Source: Candidatus Latescibacterota bacterium
Lineage (GTDB): Bacteria > Latescibacterota > UBA2968 > GCA-2709665
Direction of reading: 5' to 3'
Assembly: GCA_965226795.1 (NCBI GenBank)
Contig: CBDDDZ010000005.1
Span: 864,001 to 928,000 of the forward strand
Length of the DNA: 64,000 bases
Each line of letters opens with the position of its first letter. Within the stretch, counting starts at the first letter, position 1. The position numbers and the translations under genes are program-made. Below are positions 47,540-60,829 of this stretch, piece after piece. The notes under the pieces are model-generated. The model searched no databases and was not told the origin of the DNA. It saw only the letters and a program-made list of their open reading frames with translations.

Positions 47540-50500
47540 TTGGCGAAAAAAGGACTTATAGACAGGAAATCTTACGGAAAGATCGCTTCAGCCATCGAAA
47601 TGCCGAATCTTCTGGACATCCAGATTGATTCTTACAACTGGTTTTTGCAAAAGGATGTACCGCCTGGCGACCGCCGCAAGCAGGGCCTCCAGGCGGTTTT
47701 CCATAGCATCTTTCCAATCAGCGACGTTCACAGGCTTTTTTCACTCGAGTTCGTCGACTATTCCATTGGCACACCCAAGTACGACGTGGGTGAATGTCTG
47801 GAACGCGGGACAACCTACGCGGTCCCTCTGCGCGCCACGCTGAGGTTGATTTCCCGAGAAAAGCAGGACAACAAAGAGTTTAGGATCAAGGATATCGTGG
47901 AACAGACGGTATTCCTGGGTGAACTGCCGTTGATGACGGACGAGGGGACGTTTGTCGTCAACGGTTCCGAGAGGGTGATTGTAAGCCAGTTGCACAGGTC
48001 TCCCGGTGTCTTTTTCGACGAAACCATTCACCCCAATGGTAGGCGGCTTTTTTCCGCCCGGATCATTCCGTACAAGGGCGCCTGGCTGGAGTTCAGCCTT
48101 GACATAAACGATATTATGTACGTGCATATCGACAGGAAACGGAAGCTGCCGTTTACCACGTTTTTGCGCGCGCTGGGTTTCAGCCGTAGCGAAGAAATTC
48201 TAAGCCTTTTTCACGAGAATACAACTGCGAGGGTCGACGAAGAGCTGGTGGGCGCCATAGCAATGGAGGACGTGGTCGACAAGGGAACCGGCGAAGTCAT
48301 TGTCGAGACCCATCAGACAGTGACGGACGAACACTTGCAGGCTCTGAAAGATGCGAAAGTCAACAAGCTGACCGTACTCGACGTGAATATTGAGAACGAT
48401 GGAGGGGTGATAGCCAATACACTTCAGAAAGATCCTTGCGATAACGAAGAAGAGGCGCTCTCCCGAATCTACAATCTGCTGCGACCGGGTGATCCGCCGA
48501 ATCTTGAGACTGCCCGCGGCCTTCTCGAACGCCAGTTCTTCAGCCCCAAGCGTTATCAGCTGGGCGAGGTCGGACGTTACCGCTTGAATCAGCGGTTGAA
48601 TCTCAACGTTCCTCTGGAATATACCACCCTGAGCATCGAGGATTTTCACCGGGTAATCCAATACCTGATACTCCTCTTCAAGGGCGAAGGCCATACCGAC
48701 GACATCGACCATCTGGGCAATCGACGCATCCGGACCGTGGGCGAACTCCTGTCCTATCACTTTTCGACCGGTCTGGTCCGAATGGCCCGGACGATCAGAG
48801 AGCGGATGAGTCTCAGGGATGTGGAGCAAATTACGCCGCAGGATCTGGTCAATGCCCGGACGGTTTCGACGGTGGTTCAGGCCTTCTTCGGAAGCAGCCA
48901 GCTTTCCCAGTTCCTGCAGCAGACCAACCCGCTGGACGAATTGTCCCATAAGCGACGGCTGTCGGCTCTTGGCCCTGGCGGCCTGACTCGCGACAGGGCC
49001 GGATTCGAGGTGCGCGACGTTCACCATACCCACTACGGGCGAATTTGTCCCATCGAAACGCCGGAAGGTCCCAATATCGGCCTCATAGCCAATATATCCA
49101 CCTACGCCAAGATAAACGCACTGGGATTTCTGGAAACGCCCTACAGAGTTGTGAAAGATGGAAGGGTTACTTCAAAGATCGAGTATCTTTCCGCGGATGA
49201 GGAAGACAAACACACCATCGCCCAGGCAAATTCAATGCTCAACGCCGACGGGCGATTCCAGGATTCCGCGGTCCAGGCCCGGCGGCGAGGCGATTTTCCG
49301 GTTGTAGCACCTTCGGAAGTGAACTATATGGATGTTTCCCCGTGCCAGCTGGTCAGTACGGCGGCGTCCCTGATTCCGTTTCTGGAGCACGACGATGCCA
49401 ACCGCGCCCTGATGGGCTCCAATATGCAGCGGCAGGCCGTGCCTTTGCTCCGAACGGAGGCGCCGTTCGTGGGTACCGGAATGGAACATGCGGTCGCCGT
49501 GGATTCCAAGGCGGTCGTAACGGCGAGGAGTCCGGGAACGGTCTCCTACGTGAGCGCGGACAAGATTGTGGTCAAACGGCGCAAGGGCCGCGACGTCGAG
49601 ATGATTGACCTGTTCGATGAAGATGTCTACCGGCTAATCAAATTCAAGCGGTCGAACCAGGATTTCTGCATCAGTCAGAAGCCCCTCGTGCAGGTCGGCG
49701 ACAGGGTTGAAGCCGGAGATCTCCTGGCCGACGGCTGCGCTACGGACCGCGGGGACCTTGCCCTCGGAGCGAACGTGCTTTGTGCGTTCATGTCGTGGAA
49801 CGGGTACAATTTCGAAGATGCGATCATTGTGTCGGAGCGGCTGTCGAAGAAAGATATTTTCACTTCGATCTCCATAGAGGAATTCGAGCTCCAGGTGCGG
49901 GACACCAAGAGAGGGGTCGAGGAGATAACCAGGGAAATTCCGAATGTCAGCGAGCAGGCGGTTCGCAACCTGGATGAACGGGGTATCGTTCGGGCCGGCG
50001 CGGAGGTGACGTCCGGAGATATTCTCGTGGGTAAGGTGACGCCCAAAGGAGAAACCGAACTCTCGCCTGAAGAGCGCCTCCTGCGGGCAATTTTCGGAGA
50101 GAAAGCGGGAGACGTCAGAGATGCGTCCTTGAAGGCGCCGTCCGGAATGGACGGGGTTGTTATGGACCGAAGGGTTTTTTCACGAAAAGACAGGGAAAAA
50201 ACCCGACAGTCGGATAAAGAGAAGACTGCCACTGTCAAGAAACAGGTCCAGGAAAAAATCAAAGCGATAAAGGCCAGCCGGGACGAACAGGTGGTGGAAC
50301 TGCTGCGGGACAAAAAGGTGAACCAGTTGCAGCAGACCGCCGATGGTTCGGTGGCGGCTCGATCCGGAAGGGTATTCGATCAGAAGTTCGCCGAAAAGCT
50401 CGACTTGGATGTCGTACGTCCGGACGAAACCTGGGTCGACGACGCCAAGACCAACCAGAAGGTCGACCGCATCATCGAACTGGCTGAGAAACTGATCCGG

Positions 50501-51307
50501 GCTGCGGAAAACGAACTGGAGCGAGAACTGGAGAAAATCGCGCGGGGCGATGAACTGCCGCCGGGAATTGTACAGCTTGTTAAAGTTTATATCGCACGAA
50601 AGCGCAAGCTGATGGTCGGCGACAAAATGGCCGGACGCCACGGCAACAAGGGTGTCGTTTCAATAATCGTACCTGAAGAGGATATGCCGTATCTTCCCGA
50701 CGGCACCCCGATCGATATTATCCTGAATCCGCTGGGTGTGCCTTCCCGTATGAATCTGGGGCAGATTCTCGAGACCCACCTCGGTTGGGCGGCTCAGGCG
50801 CTCGATCTACACGTCTCCTCGCCTGTCTTCGACGGCGCTACATTGGAGGACATCAAGTCGGCGTTGCGCCAGGCCAGCCTGCCGGAAGGCGGGAAATCCG
50901 TGCTGTACGACGGAAAAACCGGAAGGCCTTTCGACAAAAAGGTGATGGTGGGGTACATCTATATGTTGAAGCTGTCGCATCTGGTCAGCGACAAGATCCA
51001 TGCCCGATCCATCGGACCCTATTCGCTGGTCACGCAACAACCCCTTGGCGGCAAAGCGCAATTCGGCGGCCAGCGGTTCGGCGAAATGGAGGTCTGGGCG
51101 TTGGAGGCCTACGGCGCCGCCTATATGCTGCAGGAGATGCTGACCGTCAAGTCCGACGATGTTGCAGGTCGTTCAAAGATCTACGAAGCGATCGTAAAGG
51201 GTGAGAATCCACCTGAACCGGGGGTTCCTGAATCCTTCAACGTGCTGGTGAAGGAATTGCAGAGCCTCTGTCTGGACGTGATCCTGGAGAATGGTCAGGG
51301 CGGGTAA
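47540..51307 (+). CDS. rpoB: RNA polymerase beta subunit
   Basis: [37 protein letters not shown]; start TTG47540 or GTG47531. Confidence 0.99.
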   Translation: MAKKGLIDRKSYGKIASAIEMPNLLDIQIDSYNWFLQKDVPPGDRRKQGLQAVFHSIFPISDVHRLFSLEFVDYSIGTPKYDVGECLERGTTYAVPLRATLRLISREKQDNKEFRIKDIVEQTVFLGELPLMTDEGTFVVNGSERVIVSQLHRSPGVFFDETIHPNGRRLFSARIIPYKGAWLEFSLDINDIMYVHIDRKRKLPFTTFLRALGFSRSEEILSLFHENTTARVDEELVGAIAMEDVVDKGTGEVIVETHQTVTDEHLQALKDAKVNKLTVLDVNIENDGGVIANTLQKDPCDNEEEALSRIYNLLRPGDPPNLETARGLLERQFFSPKRYQLGEVGRYRLNQRLNLNVPLEYTTLSIEDFHRVIQYLILLFKGEGHTDDIDHLGNRRIRTVGELLSYHFSTGLVRMARTIRERMSLRDVEQITPQDLVNARTVSTVVQAFFGSSQLSQFLQQTNPLDELSHKRRLSALGPGGLTRDRAGFEVRDVHHTHYGRICPIETPEGPNIGLIANISTYAKINALGFLETPYRVVKDGRVTSKIEYLSADEEDKHTIAQANSMLNADGRFQDSAVQARRRGDFPVVAPSEVNYMDVSPCQLVSTAASLIPFLEHDDANRALMGSNMQRQAVPLLRTEAPFVGTGMEHAVAVDSKAVVTARSPGTVSYVSADKIVVKRRKGRDVEMIDLFDEDVYRLIKFKRSNQDFCISQKPLVQVGDRVEAGDLLADGCATDRGDLALGANVLCAFMSWNGYNFEDAIIVSERLSKKDIFTSISIEEFELQVRDTKRGVEEITREIPNVSEQAVRNLDERGIVRAGAEVTSGDILVGKVTPKGETELSPEERLLRAIFGEKAGDVRDASLKAPSGMDGVVMDRRVFSRKDREKTRQSDKEKTATVKKQVQEKIKAIKASRDEQVVELLRDKKVNQLQQTADGSVAARSGRVFDQKFAEKLDLDVVRPDETWVDDAKTNQKVDRIIELAEKLIRAAENELERELEKIARGDELPPGIVQLVKVYIARKRKLMVGDKMAGRHGNKGVVSIIVPEEDMPYLPDGTPIDIILNPLGVPSRMNLGQILETHLGWAAQALDLHVSSPVFDGATLEDIKSALRQASLPEGGKSVLYDGKTGRPFDKKVMVGYIYMLKLSHLVSDKIHARSIGPYSLVTQQPLGGKAQFGGQRFGEMEVWALEAYGAAYMLQEMLTVKSDDVAGRSKIYEAIVKGENPPEPGVPESFNVLVKELQSLCLDVILENGQGG

Positions 51308-51368
51308 GATCTCGTAGTGGGGTCATCTTTTTTATTCGGAAAACGATCGCAAAAAGGGGGTAAGGCCC

Positions 51369-54300
51369 GTGGCGGACATCAATACTTCCAAGCGGCCCAC
51401 AGAGTTCAACTCGATCCGCATACAACTCGCTTCTCCGGAAACGATCCGGGGCTGGTCCCGCGGTGAGGTGACCAAGCCGGAAACCATCAATTACCGCTCG
51501 TTCAAGCCGGAACGGGACGGTCTGTTCTGCGAACGCATCTTCGGTCCGGTTAAGGATTGGGAATGCAGTTGCGGCAAATATAAGAGGATTCGCTACCGGG
51601 GTGTGGTCTGTGACCGGTGCGGCGTGGAAGTGACCCAATCCAAGGTGCGTCGTGAGCGGTTGGGCCATATCGAACTGGCGGTGCCGGTTTCTCATATCTG
51701 GTTCTTCAAGTCGCTGCCTTCCCGCATGGGTTATCTTCTGGATATTACAATTCGCAATCTGGAACGGATCATCTATTACGAGTCCTACGTTGTATTGGAT
51801 CCAGGCGACGCGCCCGATCTGAAGTATAAGGATCTTCTCTCCGAAGATGAAGCATTTGAACTCGAGGCCAAGGGGTACAACTTTAATGCGGATATGGGCG
51901 CGCCCGCGCTCAAAAAGTTGCTCAGCGAAATAGACATCGAAGAACTTTCCGCGGAGTTGCGCACCCAGGCGCGCATGGAAACCTCCGTTCAGCGCAAACA
52001 GGAGGCGTTGAAACGGCTCAAGGTGGTCGAGGCATTTCGCCAGTCCGACAACCATCCGTCATGGATGATTCTAGACGTGATTCCCGTTATTCCACCCGAC
52101 CTCCGCCCGCTGGTCCCCCTCGAGGGTGGACGGTTTGCCACGTCCGATTTGAACGATCTGTACCGGCGGGTCATCAACCGGAACAACAGGCTCAAGAAAC
52201 TGATCGAAATCAAAGCGCCGGAGGTGATCCTGCGCAACGAGAAACGCATGCTGCAGGAGGCCGTAGACGCGCTGTTCGACAATGGCCGACGGTCTAGAGC
52301 GGTGCGTGGCGACGGCAACCGGTCGTTGAAGTCACTCTCGGATCTACTTAAGGGAAAGCAGGGCCGCTTCCGACAGAATCTGCTCGGTAAGCGGGTCGAC
52401 TATTCCGGCCGGTCGGTAATTGTGGTCGATCCCCACCTCAAGCTGCATCAATGCGGGCTTCCGAAACACATGGCGCTTGAGTTGTTTAAGCCGTTTATCA
52501 TCAAGAAACTGGAAGAACGCGGGTTGGTCCAGACCGTGAAAAGCGCGAAAAAGCTGGTCGAGCGCGAACGGGTCGAGGTGTGGGATATTCTCGAAGATAT
52601 CATTCAGGATCACTACGTCCTGCTGAACCGTGCGCCAACGCTCCACCGGCTGGGCATCCAGGCGTTCCAGCCCGTGCTCGTGGAAGGGAAGGCGATTCGT
52701 ATCCATCCTCTGGTGTGCGCGGCGTTCAACGCGGACTTCGACGGCGACCAGATGGCCGTCCACGTGCCTCTGTCTTTCGAGGCGCAAATCGAAGCCCGCA
52801 TCCTGGTCATGTCTGCGAACAATATGCTCAAGCCCGCAGACGGATCCGCGGTGATCGTGCACAACCCGCAGGACATCGCCATGGGATGTTATTACCTGAC
52901 CAAAATGGTCCAGCAGCCCGACAAGAAGCAACTCAAGGCGTTCGGCAGCCCCAGCGAAGCGCTGGTCGCGCACGATTACGGGAAATTAGACCTCCACGAG
53001 GCCATTCGTGTGCGTGTCGACGGCACGCTGCTGACAACCACCGTAGGACAGGTGATTTTCAATGAAATTCTGCCCGATGGAATGCCCTATATCAATCAGA
53101 TGGTGGACAAGCCCGTGATACAGAGAGTAACCACCGACGTCCATCGGCGATTCGGCAATCGGGCAACCGTTGAATTTGCCGACGGCCTGAAGCGATTGGG
53201 TTATGACTACGCCACCCAGTCCGGTGTGACCGTTTCTATGGACGACGTCGTGGTTCCGCCCAAGAAGCAGGAACTCATCGACAGAGCCAAGGGCGAGGTC
53301 GATCGGATTCTGCAACAGTACATCCACGGCGTAATCACCGAAGGAGAGCGGTACAATAAAGTCATCGACGTCTGGCAGCACGCCACGAACAATATCGCTG
53401 AGATGATGAACGAGGCGCTGGAGCAATCCGAGGCAGGATTCAATTCGATCTACATCATGAAAGACTCCGGTGCTCGTGGCAGCGACGATCAGGTGAAACA
53501 GTTAGGCGGTATGCGGGGGTTGATGAACAAACCTCAGAAGAAGCTCACTGGTGCGATCGGGGAGATTATCGAAACGCCCATCCTTGCCTCCTTTAAAGAG
53601 GGTCTCTCGGTGCTGGAGTACTTCATATCCACGCACGGCGCGAGAAAGGGGTTGGCCGACACGGCACTGAAGACCGCCGAGGCGGGCTATCTCACCCGTC
53701 GTATGGTGGATGTGGCACAGGACGGAGTGACCGGTGAAGGGGATTGCGGCACCATAATGGGCATTGAACTCGAAGCGCTTAAAGAGGGTGAGGAGGTAGT
53801 CGAGCCACTGGCTGATCGTATCGTGGGCCGAACCCTGTTGGAAGATGTTTACGATCCGATCGGAGGCGAGATCATTGTGGAGAGTGGTATGCTCCTCGAC
53901 GAGGCATCCGCTGCCGAAATCGCCGATGCCGGTGTAGAACGGGTGAATGTACGTTCGGTATTGACCTGCGAAGCCCGCCGGGGCATCTGCGCCAAGTGTT
54001 ACGGTCGTAACCTCGCTACCGGAAGACTCGTTGACATTGGCGAGGCCGTCGGGGTGATTGCCGCCCAGAGTGTCGGTGAACCGGGCACTCAGCTCACGTT
54101 GCGTACGTTCCATATCGGCGGCACCTCCAGCCGCATCGCGGAACAGGCGGAAATCGTCGCCAAGCGGGCCGGTGTCGTGCGATTCATCAATATGGATTCG
54201 GTCGCCCGTCGCGACGGACAGCGCATTGCGGTGGGCAGGAACGGAGAGTTCGAGGTGCAGGACGACCAGGGTCGTCCTCGCGGCGGTCACTACTATGTGC

Positions 54301-55457
54301 CTTTCGGCGCCGCGATAAAGGTAGAAGACGAGCAGCCGGTTGACGAAAATCAGGTCCTTTACGAATGGGATCCCTATAACAACAATATCGTCTCCAACCG
54401 ACCGGGTATCGTCGAATTCGTCGACCTCGTCGAAGGGGTAACATACCGCGAAGAGGCCGACGAAACCACAGGTTTGGCGGCACAGGTGGTCGCCGAGCAC
54501 CGAGATCGTACGCTGTCTCCCCGGATTCGAATCGTCGACGCCGCCGGCAATGAAGTCGGTCATTACATCATCCCCGTCGGTGCGCGCCTCGTGGTGCACC
54601 ATGAGGATGAGATCGGCGCCGGAGATACTCTGGCGAAGATCCCGCGCGAGCGCAGCAAAACACGAGACATCACCGGTGGATTGCCGCGTGTCGCCGAACT
54701 CTTCGAGGCGCGGCGTCCCAAGGATCCGGCCGTAGTCAGCGAGATCGACGGTACTGTCAGTTTCGGCGGCCTCGTACGGGGTTCCAGGACCGTAATTGTC
54801 ACAACTGACGACGGCGAGGAACGGAAATATTCGATTCCCTACGGAAAACACCTCAGGGTTCAGGAGAAAGACCGGGTCCAGGCTGGTGAACAGTTGTCGG
54901 AAGGGTCGGTGAATCCACACGATATTCTACAAATCCAGGGCATCCAGGCGGTACAGGAATACCTCGTGAACGAAATCCAGGCCGTCTATCGCATGCAGGG
55001 CGTCCGGATCAACGACAAGCATATCGAGTGCATTGTGCGCCAGATGCTGCAGAAGGTCCAGGTTACTGATCCGGGCGACACCAATTTCCTGGAGGGAGAA
55101 ACGGTAGACCGTTTCCGCTTCCGGGACGAGAACGATAAGGTGATAGCCGAAGGCGGCGATCCGGCGACGTTTCAGCCGGTGTTGTTGGGTATTACAAGGG
55201 CCTCTCTGATGACCGAAAGCTTTATTTCCGCCGCGTCTTTCCAGGAGACCACGCGCGTATTGACAGAGGCCTCCGTCCAGGGCAAGATGGACGGCCTGCT
55301 GGGATTGAAGGAAAACGTGATCATCGGGCATCTGATTCCGGCCGGTACAGGTGCGGAACGGTATCGCGGGATTCGGTCGGTATCTCTCGAGAAGGAAGTC
55401 GACGAAGTTCCCGACGAGGGGCTTGAAAACGTCGGTCTTCCGCCGATAAATGCTTGA
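51369..55457 (+). CDS. rpoC: RNA polymerase beta' subunit
   Basis: Zn finger, [33 protein letters not shown]. Confidence 0.99.
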   Translation: MADINTSKRPTEFNSIRIQLASPETIRGWSRGEVTKPETINYRSFKPERDGLFCERIFGPVKDWECSCGKYKRIRYRGVVCDRCGVEVTQSKVRRERLGHIELAVPVSHIWFFKSLPSRMGYLLDITIRNLERIIYYESYVVLDPGDAPDLKYKDLLSEDEAFELEAKGYNFNADMGAPALKKLLSEIDIEELSAELRTQARMETSVQRKQEALKRLKVVEAFRQSDNHPSWMILDVIPVIPPDLRPLVPLEGGRFATSDLNDLYRRVINRNNRLKKLIEIKAPEVILRNEKRMLQEAVDALFDNGRRSRAVRGDGNRSLKSLSDLLKGKQGRFRQNLLGKRVDYSGRSVIVVDPHLKLHQCGLPKHMALELFKPFIIKKLEERGLVQTVKSAKKLVERERVEVWDILEDIIQDHYVLLNRAPTLHRLGIQAFQPVLVEGKAIRIHPLVCAAFNADFDGDQMAVHVPLSFEAQIEARILVMSANNMLKPADGSAVIVHNPQDIAMGCYYLTKMVQQPDKKQLKAFGSPSEALVAHDYGKLDLHEAIRVRVDGTLLTTTVGQVIFNEILPDGMPYINQMVDKPVIQRVTTDVHRRFGNRATVEFADGLKRLGYDYATQSGVTVSMDDVVVPPKKQELIDRAKGEVDRILQQYIHGVITEGERYNKVIDVWQHATNNIAEMMNEALEQSEAGFNSIYIMKDSGARGSDDQVKQLGGMRGLMNKPQKKLTGAIGEIIETPILASFKEGLSVLEYFISTHGARKGLADTALKTAEAGYLTRRMVDVAQDGVTGEGDCGTIMGIELEALKEGEEVVEPLADRIVGRTLLEDVYDPIGGEIIVESGMLLDEASAAEIADAGVERVNVRSVLTCEARRGICAKCYGRNLATGRLVDIGEAVGVIAAQSVGEPGTQLTLRTFHIGGTSSRIAEQAEIVAKRAGVVRFINMDSVARRDGQRIAVGRNGEFEVQDDQGRPRGGHYYVPFGAAIKVEDEQPVDENQVLYEWDPYNNNIVSNRPGIVEFVDLVEGVTYREEADETTGLAAQVVAEHRDRTLSPRIRIVDAAGNEVGHYIIPVGARLVVHHEDEIGAGDTLAKIPRERSKTRDITGGLPRVAELFEARRPKDPAVVSEIDGTVSFGGLVRGSRTVIVTTDDGEERKYSIPYGKHLRVQEKDRVQAGEQLSEGSVNPHDILQIQGIQAVQEYLVNEIQAVYRMQGVRINDKHIECIVRQMLQKVQVTDPGDTNFLEGETVDRFRFRDENDKVIAEGGDPATFQPVLLGITRASLMTESFISAASFQETTRVLTEASVQGKMDGLLGLKENVIIGHLIPAGTGAERYRGIRSVSLEKEVDEVPDEGLENVGLPPINA

Positions 55458-55482
55458 CAAGCAGACTTCAAATTGTTATAAT
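55454..55482 (+). promoter_or_regulatory. Consensus sigma70 promoter of the str operon
   Basis: TTGACA (contains the rpoC stop), 17 nt, TATAAT with TGn. Confidence 0.85.
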
Positions 55483-55579
55483 AGAAGTCTATGGCTAAAT
55501 TTGACCGGACACGGCAATGTCGGCCGTCTGGATGGATTCGGCCGCGTTGTTCCGGATGTGAACCATACAGGAGGTTGTC

Positions 55580-55951
55580 TTGCCCACCATCAATCAGCTG
55601 GTGCGCAAAGGTCGTAAGCTGAAATCTAAGCGGTCATCTGCCCCCGCGTTGCGGGGATGCCCGCAAAAGCGGGGCGTCTGCACGCGTGTTTATACCACGA
55701 CCCCCAAGAAACCGAATTCCGCCCTCCGAAAGGTCGCCCGCATCCGCCTCACGAACGGGATGGAGGTCACAGCATATATCCCCGGCGAGGGACACAATCT
55801 TCAGGAGCACTCCGTTGTGCTCATCCGGGGTGGTCGGGTGCGGGATCTGCCTTCGGTTCGGTACCACGTTATTCGGGGCGTCCTGGACACGACCGGCGTC
55901 TCCGACCGAAAACAGGGCCGGTCCAAGTACGGCGCCAAGACGCCTCAATAG
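55580..55951 (+). CDS. rpsL: 30S ribosomal protein S12
   Basis: [36 protein letters not shown] start. Confidence 0.98.
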   Translation: MPTINQLVRKGRKLKSKRSSAPALRGCPQKRGVCTRVYTTTPKKPNSALRKVARIRLTNGMEVTAYIPGEGHNLQEHSVVLIRGGRVRDLPSVRYHVIRGVLDTTGVSDRKQGRSKYGAKTPQ

Positions 55952-56039
55952 GATCCGCAATCGTATGTAAAGGGTTTATTTCGGGGGATAACGCTGGACT
56001 GGGTTGTAGACGGTGTGTCCACCATGTTTTGAGGGCGTT

Positions 56040-56507
56040 ATGAGAAAAAAGCGTGCCGAAAAGCGAAAATTTTCACCCGATCCCAAATACAGCAGCGTTC
56101 TGCTGACGCAATTTGTCAACAGTCTGTTTCGGAAGGGCAAGAAGAGCATCGGCGAAAAAATCTTGTACAGTGCGCTGAACCAGATCGCCGATCAGACGGA
56201 CAAGACTGGGCTGGAGGTGTTTGAACACGCGGTCGAGAACGCCAAGCCGATCATTCAGGTGAAATCCCGGCGCGTGGGTGGGACGACTTACCAGGTCCCG
56301 GTCGAAGTACGGTCAGACGAGCGCCTTTCGCTTTCAATCGGCTGGTTGATTACGTTCGCGCGCAGCCGCGGTGAGAAAACTATGTCCCAGAGGCTTGCAG
56401 GTGAATTGACGGACGCGGCCAGCGGCCGGGGTCGGGCAATGCAACGAAGAGAAGAGACGCACCGCATGGCCGAGGCCAATCGGGCGTTCGCACACTATCG
56501 GTGGTAG
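56040..56507 (+). CDS. rpsG: 30S ribosomal protein S7
   Basis: [29 protein letters not shown]. Confidence 0.98.
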   Translation: MRKKRAEKRKFSPDPKYSSVLLTQFVNSLFRKGKKSIGEKILYSALNQIADQTDKTGLEVFEHAVENAKPIIQVKSRRVGGTTYQVPVEVRSDERLSLSIGWLITFARSRGEKTMSQRLAGELTDAASGRGRAMQRREETHRMAEANRAFAHYRW

Positions 56508-56512
56508 GGGAA

Positions 56513-58582
56513 ATGTCACGCAGAGAACAACTGGAACGGATCCGAAACATCGGCATCATGGCCCATATCGATGCGGGTAAGACCACAACGAGCGAACGGA
56601 TTCTGTACTATACGGGCCGCCTGCATCGAATGGGCGAGGTGCACGATGGGGCGGCTACAATGGACTGGATGGACCAGGAGCGCGAGCGGGGGATTACCAT
56701 TACGTCGGCCGCCACCACCTGTTTCTGGGATGGACACCGGATCAATATCATCGATACGCCCGGGCACGTGGATTTTACGGCCGAGGTTGAGCGGTCGCTC
56801 AGAGTTTTAGACGGAGTTATCGGGCTCTTCTGCGCCGTGGGCGGTGTGGAGCCCCAGTCGGAAACGGTCTGGCGCCAGGCCGACAAGTACAGGGTGCCGC
56901 GAATTGCTTTCGTTAACAAAATGGACCGTACTGGCGCGGATTTTTCCCGCGTGCTTGGAATGATGAGGGAACGTCTGGCTTCGAATTTTGTACCGGTGCA
57001 GATTCCGGTGGGCGCAGGCGAGTTGTTCACCGGATTGATCGATCTGGTGAAGATGAAGATGGTGTCCTATCAGGAAGACTCACTGGGCACGGTATTTACC
57101 GAAAGCGAAATTCCGCACGATTTGTTGGACCGCGCACAGACCTACCGAGAGCAGATGCTGGAGGCGGTCTCCGATTTCGACGATTCGCTGATGGAGAAAT
57201 TCCTCGAGGGCGAACCCATCGCCGACGAAGAAATCAGGCAGGCGCTCCGGCTGGCAACCATCAACGTGAGTGCGGTGCCGGTCTTCTGCGGATCGGCGTT
57301 CAAAAACAAAGGCGTCCAGCGCCTGCTTGACGGCGTTCGAGACTACCTGCCGTCGCCACTGGACGTTCCGGCGGTTAACGGTACCGATCCTGATTCCGGT
57401 GCGGACGTTGCCCGCGCGCCCTCCCACGACGAACCCTTCTCCGCGCTCGCATTCAAAGTCAAAACTGATCCTTATGTAGGTCACCTGACGTATTTCAGGG
57501 TTTATTCGGGTTGTCTCAAGACCGGTTCGTACGTCAGGAATTCCAACAAAGGAAAACGAGAGCGGATCGGCCGGGTTCTACAGATGCACGCCAACAAGCG
57601 CGAAGAAATCGACGAGGTCGTAACCGGAGATATCGCGGCCGCCGTCGGGCTGAAAGCGACCGCAACGGGTGAGACGCTCTGCGATCCCGACCATCCGGTT
57701 ATACTGGAATCAATGGAATTTGCAAAACCGGTCGTTTCCGTGGCCATCGAGCCCAGAACCAAAGCGGACCAGGATCAATTGGGGACCGCGCTCCGAAAGT
57801 TATCCGAAGAGGATCCCACGTTTCACGTTTCCGGCGACGAAGACACAGGACAGACGATAATTTCGGGTATGGGTGAATTGCACCTGGAGATCATTGTCGA
57901 CCGCTTAATGCGGGAATTTCGCGTGGCAGCCAACGTGGGCAAGCCGCAGGTGACCTTCAAGGAGGCGATTCGCAAGACCGTCCGGGTAGAAGGACGGTTC
58001 GTCCGGCAGACCGGCGGCCGGGGGCAGTGGGGGCATGTCTGGCTGGAGATGGGTCCGGGAGAACCGGGGAGCGGCCTCGTATTCGAGAATAAGATCGTGG
58101 GCGGGTCCGTGCCGTCCGAATATATCCCTGCGGTCCGACAGGGTGTTCAAGAGGCCACGCAGTCGGGCGTGTTGGCCGGATATCCCGTGGATGATGTGAG
58201 GGTCGTACTTTACGACGGATCGTACCACGATGTAGATTCTTCGGAAGTGGCGTTCAAAGTGGCCGCTTCCATGGCTTTCAAAGATGGCGTCCGGAAAGCG
58301 GACCCGTACCTGATGGAGCCCTTGATGGATGTTGAAGTGGTCGTTCCCGAAGACTATCTGGGCGATGTGATGGGCGACCTGAACGCACGCCGCGGACACA
58401 TCGTAGGCATTGTGATCCGTCCGGATGCCCAGGTGATTACGGCAACGGTACCCTTAACCGAAATGTTCGGTTATGCCACGCGTCTGCGGTCCTTAACCCA
58501 GGGGCGTGCGATCTATTCGATGGAATTTTCAAGGTTTCAGGAACTACCCAAAGCGCTCGCGCGGGAGCTCGCCGACAAGTAG
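56513..58582 (+). CDS. fusA: Elongation factor G
   Basis: [34 protein letters not shown]. Confidence 0.98.
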   Translation: MSRREQLERIRNIGIMAHIDAGKTTTSERILYYTGRLHRMGEVHDGAATMDWMDQERERGITITSAATTCFWDGHRINIIDTPGHVDFTAEVERSLRVLDGVIGLFCAVGGVEPQSETVWRQADKYRVPRIAFVNKMDRTGADFSRVLGMMRERLASNFVPVQIPVGAGELFTGLIDLVKMKMVSYQEDSLGTVFTESEIPHDLLDRAQTYREQMLEAVSDFDDSLMEKFLEGEPIADEEIRQALRLATINVSAVPVFCGSAFKNKGVQRLLDGVRDYLPSPLDVPAVNGTDPDSGADVARAPSHDEPFSALAFKVKTDPYVGHLTYFRVYSGCLKTGSYVRNSNKGKRERIGRVLQMHANKREEIDEVVTGDIAAAVGLKATATGETLCDPDHPVILESMEFAKPVVSVAIEPRTKADQDQLGTALRKLSEEDPTFHVSGDEDTGQTIISGMGELHLEIIVDRLMREFRVAANVGKPQVTFKEAIRKTVRVEGRFVRQTGGRGQWGHVWLEMGPGEPGSGLVFENKIVGGSVPSEYIPAVRQGVQEATQSGVLAGYPVDDVRVVLYDGSYHDVDSSEVAFKVAASMAFKDGVRKADPYLMEPLMDVEVVVPEDYLGDVMGDLNARRGHIVGIVIRPDAQVITATVPLTEMFGYATRLRSLTQGRAIYSMEFSRFQELPKALARELADK

Positions 58583-58675
58583 CAGTTGGGAGGTCCATTT
58601 CATTCTTCACGGCGGGCGACCCCGATAGCCCAATAAAGAGATTTTCGCGACGTATATTGTACAGGAGGAGGTGAC

Positions 58676-59872
58676 ATGGCAAAGGAGAAGTTTGACAGAA
58701 GCAAACCCCACGTCAACATCGGCACCATTGGACACGTTGACCATGGAAAAACGACGTTGACGGCGGCCATTACAAAAACGCTGGCCGCCAAGGGTTTGGC
58801 GGATTATATGGCCTTCGAAAAGATCGATAACGCTCCCGAAGAACGTGAACGCGGAATCACCATTAATACCGCGCATGTGGAGTATTCAAGTAAAAAGCGT
58901 CACTATGCCCACGTCGACTGTCCCGGACACGCCGATTACGTAAAGAATATGATCACCGGTGCCGCCCAGATGGATGGCGCCATCGTGGTGGTTAGTGCCG
59001 CCGACGGTCCGATGATTCAGACGAGAGAGCACATCCTGCTCTCCCGGCAGGTGAATGTTCCGTCTATTGTCGTCTACATGAACAAAGTGGATTTGGTGGA
59101 CGATCCCGAACTCCTGGAACTGGTGGAACTCGAGGTGCGGGAGCTTCTCAGCGATTACGATTTTCCCGGTGACGACGTTCCCGTGATTCGGGGGTCGGCG
59201 CTGCAGGCGCTCGAGGCCGACGATCCGGATTCAGAGGCCTGCGAATCCGTATGGGAACTGCTTGAGGCCGTAGACACCGCGATTCCGATTCCAGAACGCG
59301 ATTTCGACCGCGACTTCCTGATGCCGGTCGAAGACGTTTTTAGCATTACCGGCCGTGGGACGGTGGGAACAGGGAGAATCGAGCGGGGCGTTGTTCATCT
59401 GAATGAAGACGTGGAGGTCGTCGGTATCAGAGAGACGCGCAAGAGCGTTGTCACAGGAATCGAGATGTTCCGCAAACTGCTGGACATCGGGGAGACGGGA
59501 GACAACGTTGGTCTGCTGCTGCGTGGAATCGATAAGGAAGATCTCGAGCGGGGTATGGTCGTCGCCAAACCAGGGTCGGTAACTCCGCATACCAGGTTCA
59601 AGGGCGAAGTTTACGTGCTCACGGAAAAAGAGGGCGGTCGAAGCAAACCATTCTTTACAGGTTACCGACCGCAGTTTTATTTCAGAACCACAGACGTTAC
59701 GGGCGCGGTTCAGTTGCCAGAAGGTGTGGAAATGGTGATGCCCGGCGACAACATTACCGTAGACGTCGATCTTACTCCCCAGCCTATCGCCATCGAACCG
59801 CAACTTAGATTCGCGATACGTGAAGGTGGGCGGACAATCGGATCGGGCGTGGTCACCGAAATCCTGGAATAG
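58676..59872 (+). CDS. tuf: Elongation factor Tu
   Basis: [28 protein letters not shown]. Confidence 0.99.
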   Translation: MAKEKFDRSKPHVNIGTIGHVDHGKTTLTAAITKTLAAKGLADYMAFEKIDNAPEERERGITINTAHVEYSSKKRHYAHVDCPGHADYVKNMITGAAQMDGAIVVVSAADGPMIQTREHILLSRQVNVPSIVVYMNKVDLVDDPELLELVELEVRELLSDYDFPGDDVPVIRGSALQALEADDPDSEACESVWELLEAVDTAIPIPERDFDRDFLMPVEDVFSITGRGTVGTGRIERGVVHLNEDVEVVGIRETRKSVVTGIEMFRKLLDIGETGDNVGLLLRGIDKEDLERGMVVAKPGSVTPHTRFKGEVYVLTEKEGGRSKPFFTGYRPQFYFRTTDVTGAVQLPEGVEMVMPGDNITVDVDLTPQPIAIEPQLRFAIREGGRTIGSGVVTEILE

Positions 59873-59889
59873 CGTCGACGGAGGGGTCA

Positions 59890-60198
59890 GTGCCAGCACA
59901 GAAAATACGCATTCGATTGAAGGCTTACGATCACAATACCCTGGATCGGTCCGTCGACGAGATCGTGCGAACGGCGAAAAGGACCGGGGCGCTGATTTCC
60001 GGCCCCATTCCATTGCCTACCAAGCGTTCGTTGTATACGGTGCTTCGAGGCCCCAATATCGACAAGAAATCCCGGGAGCAGTTCGAAACCCGGGTGCATA
60101 AACGTTTAATCGACATTCACAACTCCACGCCGCAGACAGTGGATGCACTGATGAAATTGGATTTGCCGGCGGGGATCGACATCGAAATCAAGGCGTAG
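59890..60198 (+). CDS. rpsJ: 30S ribosomal protein S10
   Basis: [24 protein letters not shown]. Confidence 0.98.
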   Translation: MPAQKIRIRLKAYDHNTLDRSVDEIVRTAKRTGALISGPIPLPTKRSLYTVLRGPNIDKKSREQFETRVHKRLIDIHNSTPQTVDALMKLDLPAGIDIEIKA

Positions 60199-60202
60199 TG
60201 CC

Positions 60203-60829
60203 GTGTTGGGATTAATCGGAAAAAAAATCGGGATGACCCAGGCATACGACCAGGACGACAACTTGGTCCCTATTACCGTGGTTCAGGCGGGGCCATGTCC
60301 GGTCGTACAGGTCAAGGACGATGTGTCGGATGGATATCACGCCCTGAAACTCGGCTTCGGCGCCACCTCAGAACGGCGGCTCACCCGTCCAGTCCTCGGG
60401 ATTCTCAAGAAAGCCGGCGCTGGCCCACATCGCATCCTGGGGGAGTTTCGAGTAGAAGACACGTCGGAATATGAGGTCGGCCAGATCCTCGGTTCCGGCA
60501 TATTCGAGCCCGGCGAATACGTCTCGGTAACCGGGCGCACCAAAGGCAAGGGCTTTCAGGGCGGTGTCAAAAGGCACCACTTCAAGGGGGGCCCGAAAAC
60601 ACACGGGCAGTCCGACCGGCATCGGGCGCCGGGATCCATCGGTCAGAGTTCGGATCCCTCGCGTGTGTTCAAAGGGATGCGAATGGCCGGCCATATGGGC
60701 CATCGCCGGGAAACTGTGAAAGGGCTGATGGTTGTCCGGGTGGACAAAGAGCGCAACCTGTTGCTGCTCAAGGGCGCGGTACCTGGCCCCAGAGGCGGCA
60801 TCGTAAAGGTGCAAAAGCAGCGGAACTAA
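60203..60829 (+). CDS. rplC: 50S ribosomal protein L3
   Basis: GKKIGMTQ, KGKGFQG, HRAPGSIG. Confidence 0.98.
   Translation: MLGLIGKKIGMTQAYDQDDNLVPITVVQAGPCPVVQVKDDVSDGYHALKLGFGATSERRLTRPVLGILKKAGAGPHRILGEFRVEDTSEYEVGQILGSGIFEPGEYVSVTGRTKGKGFQGGVKRHHFKGGPKTHGQSDRHRAPGSIGQSSDPSRVFKGMRMAGHMGHRRETVKGLMVVRVDKERNLLLLKGAVPGPRGGIVKVQKQRN

Noticed and set aside
8226..54920. Long antisense or alternate-frame ORFs (e.g. 8226-9752, 22972-24675, 25843-27135, 53502-54920)
   Set aside because: Shadow ORFs of well-supported genes in GC-rich DNA, with no recognisable motifs
58676..59872. Kirromycin-resistant EF-Tu
   Set aside because: Positions equivalent to Q124, Y160, G316, Q329, A375 and E378 appear canonical
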